DNA from: Parcubacteria group bacterium
GTDB taxonomy: Bacteria > Pseudomonadota > Alphaproteobacteria > Caulobacterales > Caulobacteraceae
NCBI GenBank assembly: GCA_050260915.1
Contig: JBLNCT010000114.1
Location: forward strand, 3,220-67,219
Reading direction: 5' to 3'
Length of the DNA stretch: 64,000 bases
The notes under the pieces were generated by a model. That model saw nothing but the letters and a program-made list of their open reading frames with translations. It did not search any database and was not told where the DNA came from. A program made the position numbers and the translations under genes. Below, piece after piece: positions 27,466 to 36,969 of the stretch (position 1 is its first letter; the number at the start of each line of letters is the position of its first letter).

Positions 27466-28011
27466 TCAGACCCCGCGCAACTCCAACCCTGCACCGTCCG
27501 GAAGCGTTTCGGCGCCGCCATTCAGCGGCCTTTGCATGAAGACTATGTCCACCCAGCGACCGTGCTTGAAGCCGACGGCCGGCATGACGCCCTTGATCTC
27601 AAATCCCAGCGAGCGGTGCAGTCCGATGGAGCCAGCGTTATCGCTGTCGCCGATCACGGCCATGATCTGGCGCAAACCGAGCGCCTCGCAGGCGTCGATG
27701 ACCTTGAGCAGCACCGCCGCGCCGAGCCCGCGTCCCTTGAAGCCCGGCGCCACATAGACGCTGTCCTCGACTGTGTAGCGGTAGGCGGCCCGCAGCCGGA
27801 ACGGCGCGGCGTAGGCCAGCGCCGCGACCTCGCCGTCCACCTCGGCGACGACGTAGGGCAGGCCGCGGTCGGTCACGCTTTTGAGCCGCGCGGCCATTTC
27901 ATCGGGCGACGGCGGGACCTCCTCGAAGGTGCCGAAGCCGTGCAGGCAGGCGTCGCCGTAGATGGCGGCGAGGGCGGGGGCGTCGGCGGGCGTGGCCGGG
28001 CGGATGAGCAT
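27466..28011 (-). CDS. GNAT N-acetyltransferase, phosphinothricin/methionine-sulfoximine (Pat/MnaT) family
   Basis: GTFEEVPPS, AYRYTVEDSVYV, KGRGLG, GFKHGRWVD. Confidence 0.9.
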   Translation of the reverse strand: MLIRPATPADAPALAAIYGDACLHGFGTFEEVPPSPDEMAARLKSVTDRGLPYVVAEVDGEVAALAYAAPFRLRAAYRYTVEDSVYVAPGFKGRGLGAAVLLKVIDACEALGLRQIMAVIGDSDNAGSIGLHRSLGFEIKGVMPAVGFKHGRWVDIVFMQRPLNGGAETLPDGAGLELRGV

Positions 28012-28019
28012 GTCAGTGC

Positions 28020-28128
28020 GTCCTTCGACACGGCCCCTTCGACAGGCTCAGGGGCCTGCTCAGGATGACGAAACCTGGTGCTGAGCTAGTCATCCTGAGC
28101 AGCCCGCGCAGCGGGCGTGTCGAAGGAC
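28020..28128. repeat. Palindromic repeat (CCTTCGACAGGCTCAGG family) overlapping the ptrB 3' end
   Basis: Outer arms gtccttcgacacg / cgtgtcgaaggac, inner arms tgctcaggatgac / gtcatcctgagca, and the ccttcgacaggctcagg core. Confidence 0.8.
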
Positions 28129-30218
28129 GACCACCCCCGCTCCACGGCCCAGATGGCGAAAGCGTAGTCGAGGGCGATCTCCTTGAGGAAGTCGAAGCGC
28201 CCGGACGCCCCGCCGTGGCCGGCTTCCATGTTGATCTTGAGAAGCACCGGATCGCCGCTGGTGGTGTGCTCGCGCAGCCTGGCCACCCACTTCTCCGGCT
28301 CCCAGTAGGTGACGCGCGGGTCCGACAGGCCCCCGGTCGCCAGGATCGCGGGATAGGGCTTGGCCTCGACGTTGTCGTAGGGGCTGTAGCTGGCGATCAG
28401 GTCATAGGCCGCCGGGTCCTTGATCGGGTCGCCCCACTCCGGCCACTCGGCGGGGGTGAGCGGCAGGGTGGTGTCGCTCATGGTGTTCAGCACATCGACG
28501 AACGGCACCGTGGCGATGATCCCGGCCCAGAGGTCCGGCCGCATGTTGGTGACCGCGCCCATGAGCAGCCCGCCCGCCGATCCGCCGTACGCCACGATCT
28601 TCTTCGCGCTCGTGTAGCGCTCGGTGATCAGATGCTCGGCGCAGGCGATGAAGTCGGTGAAGGTGTTGACCTTCTTCTCCCGGCGCCCGTCGAGGAACCA
28701 GCCCCAGCCCTTTTCCGAGCCGCCGCGAATGCAGGCCGTCGCCCAGATCCAGCCTCGGTCCACCAGCGACAGGTTGCGGATCGAGAACGCCGGCTCCTGG
28801 GCCATGCCATACGAGCCGTAGCCGTAGAGGAGGAGCGGGGCGCTGCCGTCCAGCGGCGTGTCCTTCTTCATCAGCACGAAGATCGGGACCTCCGCCCCAT
28901 CGGCCGCCTTGGCGTGCAGGCGGTGGGTCACGTACTTCGCCGGGTCGTGGCCGGAGGGGATTTCCTGCGTCTTGCGCAGCGTCCGCTCGCGGGTGGCCAT
29001 GTCGTAGTCGAACCACTGCCGGGGCGTGGTCATCGAGGTGTAGACGAAGCGCGTCAGCGTCGTGTCGTACTCGTAACCGCCCTCCAGCCCCAGCGCGTAA
29101 GCCTCCTCCTCGAAGCCGATGGCGTGCTCCTCGCCGCCGCGCTTCGTCACGACGATGCGGTTCAGCGCATCGACCTTCTCCAGGCGCACGAAGAAGTCCT
29201 TGTAGGCCCGCATCCCGACGACCAGCCGGCCGGGTTCGTGCGGTATCCACTCGCGCCAGCCGCTCTTGCCGGGGTTCGCCTCCTCCGCGGTCATCAGCTT
29301 CCAGTCCACCGCGCCGTCGGCGTTGGTGCGGATGACGAAACGGCCGTCCCAGTGGTCGATGTCGTAGCGGACGCCGTCCTGCCTCGGCTCCATCACCTTC
29401 GGCATGGCCGTGGGATCGGAGGCCGGGATCAGGTGGACCTCGCTGGTCTCCTGGTTGCCGCAGCCGATGGCGATCCACTCCCGCGACGACAGCGTGTGGA
29501 CGCCGAGGAAGAAGCCCTCGTCCTTCTCCTCGTAGATCAGGACGTCGTCGGCCGCCTTGCCGTCCGCCGGGCGCCGGAAGACCTTCACCGGCCGCCCGTT
29601 CTCGTCGCGCAGGATCCAGAACAGGAACCGGCTGTCCGGCGACCAGCAGAAGTCGTAGGCGCTCTCGATGACCTCGCCGACGGCCGCGCCGGTGGCGATG
29701 TCCTTCACATGGATGCGGTAGACCTCCGAGCCCTGCTCGTCGACGGCCCAGGCGAACAGCCGGTGGTCGGGCGAGTGGTCGGCGGAGCCTACCTGGTAGA
29801 AGGGCTTGCCCTTGGCCTGCGCCTGTTCGTCCAGCAGCACCTCCTCCGGCCCGCCGCCACGGGGGCGCCGCGCATGCACCGGATGCTCGGCGCCTAGGTC
29901 GTAGCGGACGTAGTATTCAAACGAACCGTCGGGGGCCGGCACGGAGGAGTCGTCCTCCTTGATCCGCCCCTTCATCTCCTCGAACAGCTGCTTCTGCAGC
30001 GCTTCCGTCGAGGCCAGCATGGCGGCGGTGTAGGCGTTCTCCGCCGTCAGGTGCTCCTTCACGTCGGCCTTCAGCACCGACGGGTCGCGCAGCACCTTCT
30101 GCCAGTTGTCGTCCTTCATCCAGGCGTAGTCGTCCACGCGGACCCGCCCCAGCTGCTCGATCCTTTTCGGCTCCTTGCGGGGGACGGGCGGGGTGGGAAG
30201 CGGCATCGAAATCCTCAT
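28086..30218 (-). CDS. ptrB: Oligopeptidase B (protease II, S9A family)
   Basis: RVDDYAWMKD, YGYGSYG, GGSAGG nucleophile, DPRVTYWEP, GHGGASGR. Confidence 0.93.
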   Translation of the reverse strand: MRISMPLPTPPVPRKEPKRIEQLGRVRVDDYAWMKDDNWQKVLRDPSVLKADVKEHLTAENAYTAAMLASTEALQKQLFEEMKGRIKEDDSSVPAPDGSFEYYVRYDLGAEHPVHARRPRGGGPEEVLLDEQAQAKGKPFYQVGSADHSPDHRLFAWAVDEQGSEVYRIHVKDIATGAAVGEVIESAYDFCWSPDSRFLFWILRDENGRPVKVFRRPADGKAADDVLIYEEKDEGFFLGVHTLSSREWIAIGCGNQETSEVHLIPASDPTAMPKVMEPRQDGVRYDIDHWDGRFVIRTNADGAVDWKLMTAEEANPGKSGWREWIPHEPGRLVVGMRAYKDFFVRLEKVDALNRIVVTKRGGEEHAIGFEEEAYALGLEGGYEYDTTLTRFVYTSMTTPRQWFDYDMATRERTLRKTQEIPSGHDPAKYVTHRLHAKAADGAEVPIFVLMKKDTPLDGSAPLLLYGYGSYGMAQEPAFSIRNLSLVDRGWIWATACIRGGSEKGWGWFLDGRREKKVNTFTDFIACAEHLITERYTSAKKIVAYGGSAGGLLMGAVTNMRPDLWAGIIATVPFVDVLNTMSDTTLPLTPAEWPEWGDPIKDPAAYDLIASYSPYDNVEAKPYPAILATGGLSDPRVTYWEPEKWVARLREHTTSGDPVLLKINMEAGHGGASGRFDFLKEIALDYAFAIWAVERGWSSFDTPAARAAQDD

Positions 30219-30238
30219 GGCTGCGACAAGGCGGCAAC

Positions 30239-31144
30239 TTGTTCGCCGTCCCGGCTCCGGTCAAATGGCGTAGTCGGGAATCGGGGTCCAAACCCCACAA
30301 CAAAAGAGTAACGGTCATGGCCGTCGACCTCTCCGTCGACATGATCAAGGCCACCGTGCAGATCGAGCAGCCGCATGCGGACGGCACGCGCACGGTCGGC
30401 ACCGGGTTTTTGGTGAGCGATCCCACGCCGGACGGGCGTCCGCGCATCGTGATGGTGACCGCCGCCCACGTCTTCGACACCATGCCGCTTGCGCAGGCGC
30501 GCATCGGCTACCGCCTCCAGGGGGCGGACGGCGGCTGGCGCTACAGCCCGCAGCCCTTCGAGATCCGCGCCACCGGCGGCAAGCCGATGTGGACCAAGCA
30601 CCCAACCCGCGACGTCGCGGTGATGGAGGTGAAGGCGCCGCCGGAGTTCGCGAAGGCCGCCATCCCGCTGAACTGGCTGGCCAGTGACGACACCTTCAAC
30701 CGCTACGGCGTCGAGCCGGGCGACGAGATGGAGGCGCTGGGCTACCCGCTGGGTCTCGCGGCCAACCAGGCGGGCTTTCCGATCCTGCGCTCAGGCCGCG
30801 TGGCCTCCTATCCGCTCGCGCCGTCGGCGGAGTTCCCGACCTTCCTGCTCGACTTCACCGTCTTTCCCGGCAACTCCGGGGGGCCGGTCTATATCGATCA
30901 GCACAAGACCGATGCGTCCGGCCAGCCGCAGGACGGCCAGTTCATCGCCGGCATCCTGACGCAGCAGGTGGAGCTCTCCGGCGACCGGCTGGAGATCGGC
31001 ATCGTCACCCACGCCCGCTACATCCGCGAGGCGGTGGAGATGCTCGACGGCCACATGCCCGCGCCTGTGAACCTGGCCCGCGCCGAGCCGGAGATGCAGG
31101 GCGCGGAGGCCGCATCCGCCCTCAACCTCGGACAGTCACGCTAG
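30239..31144 (+). CDS. Trypsin-like serine protease
   Basis: GTGFLV, VTAAHV, DVAV, GNSGGPV catalytic motifs; true start may be ATG 30317. Confidence 0.82.
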   Translation: MFAVPAPVKWRSRESGSKPHNKRVTVMAVDLSVDMIKATVQIEQPHADGTRTVGTGFLVSDPTPDGRPRIVMVTAAHVFDTMPLAQARIGYRLQGADGGWRYSPQPFEIRATGGKPMWTKHPTRDVAVMEVKAPPEFAKAAIPLNWLASDDTFNRYGVEPGDEMEALGYPLGLAANQAGFPILRSGRVASYPLAPSAEFPTFLLDFTVFPGNSGGPVYIDQHKTDASGQPQDGQFIAGILTQQVELSGDRLEIGIVTHARYIREAVEMLDGHMPAPVNLARAEPEMQGAEAASALNLGQSR

Positions 31145-31146
31145 TA

Positions 31147-31171
31147 GGAACGGGGCTGGCGCGGACTCGTT
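31147..31171 (+). promoter_or_regulatory. SigT/EcfG general-stress promoter for csbD
   Basis: GGAAC-N16-CGTT. Confidence 0.75.
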
Positions 31172-31198
31172 ATCTCCTTGATCGCAAAGGAGATCGTC

Positions 31199-31381
31199 AT
31201 GAGCACCAATCGTGTGGAAGGCGCTATTCGCAAGGGTACGGGCGCCGTGAAGCAAGGCGCCGGCAAGGCCATGGGCGACGAGCGCATGGAAGCCGAAGGC
31301 GCCGCCGAGAAGACCACCGGCAAGGTCCAGAACGCGGTCGGCCGCGCGCAGGACAAGATCGGCAACGCCATCAAGCACTAG
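31199..31381 (+). CDS. csbD: CsbD-family general stress protein
   Basis: NRVEG..RKGTGAVKQGAGKAMGDERMEAEG..EK..GKVQ; RBS aaggaga. Confidence 0.92.
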   Translation: MSTNRVEGAIRKGTGAVKQGAGKAMGDERMEAEGAAEKTTGKVQNAVGRAQDKIGNAIKH

Positions 31382-31410
31382 CCGCTTCTGCAGGGAGCAG
31401 CTTCCTCGGG

Positions 31411-31440
31411 AGGGCCGTCCGGGCGACCGGGCGGCCCTTT
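31411..31440. terminator. Hairpin between convergent csbD and lipoprotein genes
   Basis: agggccgtccg ... cgggcggccct-tt. Confidence 0.6.
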
Positions 31441-31444
31441 CGCG

Positions 31445-32011
31445 TCAGGCGGGCTTCAGCTCGACGCTGTAGATGTGCCAGTGGCGCTGCGCGGCGGTCG
31501 AACCCGGCACGTCGTTGACCCGGCGCAGCACGACCGTACCGGCCAGCTTCTCCGCGCCGCCGCTCTTCAGCGTGGCGGAGGCCTTCACGGGAATCTCGAT
31601 GTAGCTCGAGCCCGCCGCCCCCTGCTGCTGGCCGGGCGCTCCGACGGTGGCGTCGAAGGTCGCGTACTTGTCGTATTGCTTGGCCAGCGCATCCTTCGTT
31701 GGCGCGCTGCTTCCCCAGAGTGCGAGCGCCATCGGGTACTGCTTGGCGCCGATCAGGGCGAAGTATTCGCGGGCGATCCCGGCGGCCACGTCCGGTGTGA
31801 CCTCGCCGGCGGGCGTCGGCGCATCCGGCGCTTCTGCCGGCGCAGGCGCTTCTGCCGACGTCGCGTTCGTGGCAGGCGCTGGGGCAGGCGCGGCGGCCGG
31901 CGCGGGCTCGGGAGGCGGAGCCGCGGGCGCGTTCTCGGCCTTCTTCGGGCTGCAACAGGCGAGCATCAGGCTCGCGGCGATCAGGGCAGGGGTGCGCGAA
32001 TCCATGCTCAA
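31445..32011 (-). CDS. Putative lipoprotein with Pro/Ala-rich linker
   Basis: Lipobox-like LMLACC, PA-rich linker, C-terminal globular domain (GAAGSSYIEIPV..LRRVNDVPG). Confidence 0.7.
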   Translation of the reverse strand: MSMDSRTPALIAASLMLACCSPKKAENAPAAPPPEPAPAAAPAPAPATNATSAEAPAPAEAPDAPTPAGEVTPDVAAGIAREYFALIGAKQYPMALALWGSSAPTKDALAKQYDKYATFDATVGAPGQQQGAAGSSYIEIPVKASATLKSGGAEKLAGTVVLRRVNDVPGSTAAQRHWHIYSVELKPA

Positions 32012-32077
32012 GCTTACCTCGCTGTCGATGGAGCGCCAGCGCTGGACGACGCGTCGCCGTCATCCTATCGCTGGCCG

Positions 32078-32575
32078 ATGGCCGAAGCCTTCAATGAGAT
32101 AACGCTCTCCGCCGACAAGGAGACCCGCTACCGCGAACTGGCGGCCGAGATCGCCTCGGTGCTGGAGGGTGAGCGCAATGTCACGGCCCGCATGGCGACG
32201 GTCGCCTCGATGCTGGCCAACAGCTTCGACCACTACTTCTGGACCGGCTTCTACGTCGTCGATCCGGACAAGCCGGACGAACTGGTCGTCGGCCCCTACC
32301 AAGGCACCCTCGGCTGCCTGCGCATCGCGTTCGGCAAGGGCGTCTGCGGGACAGCCGCCGCCACGCGAGTGACCCAGCTCGTCCGCGACGTGAACGCCTT
32401 CCCAGGCCACATCACCTGCGACAGCCGTTCGCAAAGCGAGATCGTGGTCCCTGTGCTCGGCCCCTCAGGCGACCTGATCGCGGTGTTCGACGTCGATTCC
32501 GACCGACCCGCCGCCTTCGACGAGATTGACCAGCGCTGGCTGGAAACCATCCTCACCGAGACCTTCGCCCGATGA
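32078..32575 (+). CDS. msrC: GAF-domain protein, free methionine-(R)-sulfoxide reductase type
   Basis: WTGFY, LVVGPYQGTLGCLRIAFGKGVCG, HITCDSRSQSEIVVP, VFDVDS. Confidence 0.85.
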   Translation: MAEAFNEITLSADKETRYRELAAEIASVLEGERNVTARMATVASMLANSFDHYFWTGFYVVDPDKPDELVVGPYQGTLGCLRIAFGKGVCGTAAATRVTQLVRDVNAFPGHITCDSRSQSEIVVPVLGPSGDLIAVFDVDSDRPAAFDEIDQRWLETILTETFAR

Positions 32576-33090
32576 GCCGCATCCGCACCCTCGAGCTGCG
32601 CGGCGACCACGAGGCCGACGCCCGCGCTCTGCGCGACGCCTTCGGCTGCTTCACGACGGGCGTCACGGTGGTCACCACGACCGGAGAGCGCGGCGCGCCG
32701 GTAGGGTTCACCGCCAACTCCTTCGCCTCGGTGTCGCTGGACCCGCCGCTGGTGCTGGTCTGTGTCGACCTCTCCGCCAACAGCCTCCCGGCGTTGGAGG
32801 CCGCGGGCGTGTTCGTGGTCAACGTCCTCCACGCCGGCCAGCAGGAGATCGCGCGGCGCTTCACCAGCAAGGGCGGCGACCGCTTCGCCGACACCGCCTT
32901 CGAGCGCTGGGCCACCGGCGCGCCGGTGCTCGACGGCTGCATGGCCAACTTCGAGTGCCAAACCGAGCGAGCCTTCGACGCCGGCGACCACCGCGTCTTC
33001 ATCGGCCGCGTCCTCGAGGTCCGTATGGACCCTGACCACGAGCCCCTGGTCTTCCTGCGCGGCGGCTACTGCGGGGTGCGGACCGACTGA
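32572..33090 (+). CDS. Flavin reductase family protein
   Basis: LRDAFGCFTTGVTVVT, GFTANSFASVSLDPPLV, AGDHRVFIG. Confidence 0.92.
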   Translation: MSRIRTLELRGDHEADARALRDAFGCFTTGVTVVTTTGERGAPVGFTANSFASVSLDPPLVLVCVDLSANSLPALEAAGVFVVNVLHAGQQEIARRFTSKGGDRFADTAFERWATGAPVLDGCMANFECQTERAFDAGDHRVFIGRVLEVRMDPDHEPLVFLRGGYCGVRTD

Positions 33091-34394
33091 GCCGCCGGCG
33101 TCACCCGCCACACGATGTTGCCCACGTCGTCGCTCACCAGCAGCGCACCGCGCGAGTCCTGCACCACGTCCACCGGTCGGCCGTAGGCATGGCCGTCGGC
33201 GCTCAGGAAACCGTCGAGGAAGACCTGCGGCATGCCTGCAGGCTGTCCGCCCGCGAATGGCACATAGATCACCCGGTAGCCCGCGCGGGGGTCCCGGTTC
33301 CAGGAGCCGTGCTGGGCCACGAACGCGCCGCCCCGGTACTGCGCGGGCAGGAGCTGTCCGGTGTAGAAGGCAAGGCCCAGCGGCGCGGTGTGCACGCCCA
33401 GCGCATAGTCAGGCTTGATCGTCTTCGCCACGAGGTCCGGCCGCTGCGGCTTGACGCGGTCATCGACCCGCCCGCCCCAGTAGGCATAGGGCCAGCCGTA
33501 GAAGCCGCCGTCCTTCACCGCGGTCATGTAGTCGGGCGGGATGTCGTTGCCGAGCTCGTCGCGCTCATTGACCGTGACCCACAGCGCGCCCGTCGTCGGC
33601 TCCCACGCCAGCCCGTTGGGGTTGCGCATGCCGGACGCCAGAATCCGCTCGCCCGTGCCGTCCGGGTTGAACTCGTGGATCGCGGCGCGGCCGGTCTCGT
33701 TCTCCATCCCGTCTTCGCCGATGTTCGAGTTGGAGCCCACCGTCACATAGAGCTTCGAGCCGTCCGGCTTGGCGATGAGGTTGCGGGCCCAGTGGTAGTC
33801 CGGGGCGATGGCGTTCAGCGCCAGCACCTTCTGTCCGGGCGCGGTGATCTGCGTCTGGCCCGCCTGGTAGGGGAAGCGCAGCACCGCGTCGGTGTTGGCG
33901 ACGTAGAGCCAGTTGCCCACCAGCACCATGCCGAAGGGCGAGTGCAGCCCCTTCAGGAAGACGTTCTTCGTCTCGGGCACGCCGTCGCCGTTGGCGTCGC
34001 GCAGCAGGACGATGCGGTCGGGGCTGGTCACGCCGGCGCCCGCCTTCTTCATCACCTGCGCCGCGACGGCCGCCTTGATGCCCTTGGGTGGGTAAGCCGG
34101 CCCGTTCGTCTCGGCCACCAGCACGTCGCCGTTCGGCAGCACGTAGAGCCAGCGTGGGTGGTTCAGTCCGTCGGCGAACGGCGTGACGGTGAAGCCCGCC
34201 GGCGCAATGGGCCGCTTGTCCGCGGGCCAGCCCTGTGCGGGCGCGACGTTCATCACCGGCAGCAGGCCCTTCTGGATCGCGCCGAGCTGCGGGTTGGGAC
34301 CGTAGGTCTGCTCGGTCGGCAAGGCCTTGCCGCCTCCGCAGGCGCCTAACGTCAGCGATAAGGAGAAAAGCAGGGGGTACAGAAGCCTACGCAT
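33066..34394 (-). CDS. PQQ-dependent sugar / L-sorbosone dehydrogenase family lipoprotein
   Basis: Lipobox LGAC; HPRWLYVLPNGDVLVAE, GMRNPNG, NERD.LG, GRPVDV. Confidence 0.88.
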   Translation of the reverse strand: MRRLLYPLLFSLSLTLGACGGGKALPTEQTYGPNPQLGAIQKGLLPVMNVAPAQGWPADKRPIAPAGFTVTPFADGLNHPRWLYVLPNGDVLVAETNGPAYPPKGIKAAVAAQVMKKAGAGVTSPDRIVLLRDANGDGVPETKNVFLKGLHSPFGMVLVGNWLYVANTDAVLRFPYQAGQTQITAPGQKVLALNAIAPDYHWARNLIAKPDGSKLYVTVGSNSNIGEDGMENETGRAAIHEFNPDGTGERILASGMRNPNGLAWEPTTGALWVTVNERDELGNDIPPDYMTAVKDGGFYGWPYAYWGGRVDDRVKPQRPDLVAKTIKPDYALGVHTAPLGLAFYTGQLLPAQYRGGAFVAQHGSWNRDPRAGYRVIYVPFAGGQPAGMPQVFLDGFLSADGHAYGRPVDVVQDSRGALLVSDDVGNIVWRVTPAAQSVRTPQ

Positions 34395-34453
34395 ACGAAC
34401 CTCCCTTGGCCGTCACCTTAAAGCTTAGGCCATCGGGAATGTTCCAGCGAGCC

Positions 34454-35167
34454 TTAGCCCCGGTTGCGGTTTGGAGCCGGAGCCCAGTAGGCGGTCAGCA
34501 CCCTCGCGGCGTCGACCTTGCGGCCGTCGGGGTTGGTAATCTCCAGGTGCACGTGGTCGGTCATGCCGTTCGGGTACTTGCCCTGCAGCGTGTGCGAGGT
34601 CCCGACGGTTTGGCCCAGGTGCACCGCGTCGCCGACGTCCACCTTCGGGTTCACGTAGAAGACCCGCGCCTTGTAGTGGAGCGCCGGGTTGGTGACCTCG
34701 ACGAACTTCAGGTTCGTGTCTCCCGCGTATGCGAAGCCGATCTTGGTGATGAAGCCGGAGATCGGCGCCTTCACCGCCTGGCCCGCCGTCGCCTTGAAAT
34801 CGACGCCCAGGTGAGGCCGCGAGCCGCCGTCGCGCGGCGCGCCGAACACGCCGTAGCCGTAGGCGTCGGAGGTCCGCTGAGCCTGTCCGGTCGGATTGAC
34901 GAAGTCCGGCGCGCCGTCGCCGTCAACGTCCTTGCCCACCCACTTGAGCACGCGCGGCGGCTTTGGCGCGACCGTCGCCTGAACCGCTTCGACAGCCCTT
35001 GCGGCCAGCCGGTGGGGCGCGACCGCCGCCGCGGCGTCCACCAGCATCCCGGTGAGGGCCCCCACCACCGCCATGGCCGCAAGCCCGCCAGCCCAGCGCG
35101 CGTCGTGACGCACCGCGTGGGCGGCGAAATCGGACAGCCATGTGCGCAGCCGCGCAGGCGTAGTCAT
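34454..35167 (-). CDS. M23 family metallopeptidase
   Basis: HLGVD (HxxxD) and HVH zinc motifs. Confidence 0.85.
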   Translation of the reverse strand: MTTPARLRTWLSDFAAHAVRHDARWAGGLAAMAVVGALTGMLVDAAAAVAPHRLAARAVEAVQATVAPKPPRVLKWVGKDVDGDGAPDFVNPTGQAQRTSDAYGYGVFGAPRDGGSRPHLGVDFKATAGQAVKAPISGFITKIGFAYAGDTNLKFVEVTNPALHYKARVFYVNPKVDVGDAVHLGQTVGTSHTLQGKYPNGMTDHVHLEITNPDGRKVDAARVLTAYWAPAPNRNRG

Positions 35168-35327
35168 TGCTGGAGAGGTCCCCTTGTCTCGACCGGGGCG
35201 GCGCTTGCGTGGGCCGCCGTTCTTTCGTTGCGGGCTATATGGCGGCGGGCGGCGCCGATAATTAGGCCTATTTGTTGCGGCCTCTGGTCGCCCCCGCTAC
35301 CGAAGGCCGTCGCACCGGAGAGTCGCC

Positions 35328-35858
35328 ATGAAGCACAGCCTGTCCCTCGCCATCCTCGCCGCTCTCCTGGTTGCGGGCGGTCCCGCCATGGCCAAGACCC
35401 ACCACAGGCCCGCTCCCAAGGCGCAGCCGAAAGCCCATGCGCAGAGCAACGCGAGCTTTCTGAAGGACGCGCTTCAGGGCGACAACTCCGAGATCCGCCT
35501 GGGCCGGCTGGCCGAGCAGCAGGGCCACGCCGCCGGGGTGAAGAGCTTCGGCCGGATGCTGGCGCGCGACCACACCGCCGCTCGCAAGGATGCGCTGGTG
35601 GTCGCCCGGGCCCATGGCGTGCGTGACACCATGGAAATGACCCCGGAGGCCCGCGCCGAGTACCACAAGCTCCGCCGCATGCACGGCTGGGCCTTCGACC
35701 AGGAGTTCGCCCACTACATGGTCAAGGACCACCGCAAGGACATCTCCGACTTCGAACAGCAGGCCCGCCACGGCGACCGCTCCACGCGTCGTCTGGCGCA
35801 GCGCACGCTACCCGTTTTGCGCAAGCATCTGCGGACCGCCGAGCAGCTCGCCCGCTAG
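35328..35858 (+). CDS. DUF4142 (ferritin-like) exported protein
   Basis: Signal peptide; EIRLGRLA..VKSFGRMLARDH, FDQEFAHYMVKDHRKDI..F, TLPVLRKHL. Confidence 0.88.
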   Translation: MKHSLSLAILAALLVAGGPAMAKTHHRPAPKAQPKAHAQSNASFLKDALQGDNSEIRLGRLAEQQGHAAGVKSFGRMLARDHTAARKDALVVARAHGVRDTMEMTPEARAEYHKLRRMHGWAFDQEFAHYMVKDHRKDISDFEQQARHGDRSTRRLAQRTLPVLRKHLRTAEQLAR

Positions 35859-35908
35859 CGGGAGCACAATCTCAGGTGTAAAAGGGAGACGGACTGGGGA
35901 GCCCCGTT

Positions 35909-36550
35909 TTGTCGGAGGCGCGCCCCGTGCTGTCCTTTCACAGGTTCACCGAAATCGAGGTGCGCGACAGGCCGTTTCGGCACCTGGTCGGCTCCGGATT
36001 CCTCGACCGCGCCGACGCCGACGAGCTGGCCGAGGACTTTCCCGATCCGGGCAAGACCGGCTTCTTCCCGGCGGAGGAACTCCGCTGCGGCCCGGCGTTC
36101 GAGGCGTTGATCGACGAACTGCGCTCCTACGAGTTCTCGCGTGAGGTGGGCGAGCGGCTCGGCCTCGATCTCACCGAGCATCCGCAGATGATCGTCGTAC
36201 GCCGCTGGTCCGCGGCAAAGGATGGTCGCCCGCACACCGACGGGCGCGACAAGGTCGCCACCGCGCTTCTCTACCTGAACGAGGTCTGGACCGACGGGGC
36301 TGGCTGCCTGCGCTACCTCGAAGGCCCCGACCTCGACGGGCCGGGCAGCGAGCCCATCCCGCCGCGCTACGGCATGCTCACCGCCTTCTCCCGCTCAGAG
36401 ACCTCCTGGCACGGACACAAGCCCTTCACCGGAGAACGTCGCGCGGTGCAGGTCTTCTGGCTGAAGGACGACGCGGCCCTCAAGCGCAAATCCGACCGCC
36501 ACAAGCGCACGGCGTTCTGGCGCCTGTTCTCCCCGGGCGTGCACGCGTAA
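35909..36550 (+). CDS. 2OG-Fe(II) oxygenase superfamily protein
   Basis: PHTD (HxD), TALLYLN, SWHGH. Confidence 0.82.
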   Translation: MSEARPVLSFHRFTEIEVRDRPFRHLVGSGFLDRADADELAEDFPDPGKTGFFPAEELRCGPAFEALIDELRSYEFSREVGERLGLDLTEHPQMIVVRRWSAAKDGRPHTDGRDKVATALLYLNEVWTDGAGCLRYLEGPDLDGPGSEPIPPRYGMLTAFSRSETSWHGHKPFTGERRAVQVFWLKDDAALKRKSDRHKRTAFWRLFSPGVHA

Positions 36551-36573
36551 GCCGCCGGTGTTAGTGGAGCGGC

Positions 36574-36639
36574 GTGACCCACCCCGCCCACCGCCTCTCC
36601 GTCGCCCCGATGATGGACTGGACATATTCATCAATATAA
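36574..36639 (+). pseudogene. dusA: Truncated 5' fragment of tRNA-dihydrouridine synthase A left by island integration
   Basis: RBS ggagc, then GTG-THPAHRLSVAPMMDWT followed by YSSI*. APMMDWT is the DusA N-terminal signature, which normally continues DRHCR; the sequence becomes AT-rich immediately after. Confidence 0.85.
36604..36623 (+). other. Attachment site (left junction) of a dusA-associated genomic island
   Basis: gccccgatgatggactggac is the region of dusA targeted by the published dusA-associated integrase family; composition shifts abruptly at 36624. Confidence 0.75.
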
Positions 36640-36969
36640 TCAATATGTTATAGGCCAGCGTGTGCAAGAATTGCACACGGATGTTCACGTTCTCTTTCGC
36701 TTTCATTCTCCCGATTTCGGTCGATCCAGTCGCCAATAGGCGCTATCGCCCCGCAAGGATTCGCTGCTGTGCGTCCGAGCGCACGGCGATCCGCGCCCAT
36801 ACGGCACCACTTCATCCCTGCGCCGCCTCTTGGCCGCCGGCCAACAGGCAACGGGCGCGCCATTGGAACTTATCCCCACGATAGACCCAAGGTATATTCC
36901 GAAGATAAATATCAAAGTGCACAGCTGAATCAGATTGACTTTCGGTAGAATTAATCGCATACATATATT

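Noticed and set aside
33066-33090. 25-nt convergent overlap of the flavin reductase and sorbosone dehydrogenase genes
   Set aside because: Short tail-to-tail overlaps are common in compact GC-rich genomes; nothing suggests a function.
36880-36969. AbiEi operator inverted repeats and a TTGACT promoter
   Set aside because: TTGACT is present at 36935, but the -10 is ambiguous and the palindromes are too short and imperfect to define by eye.
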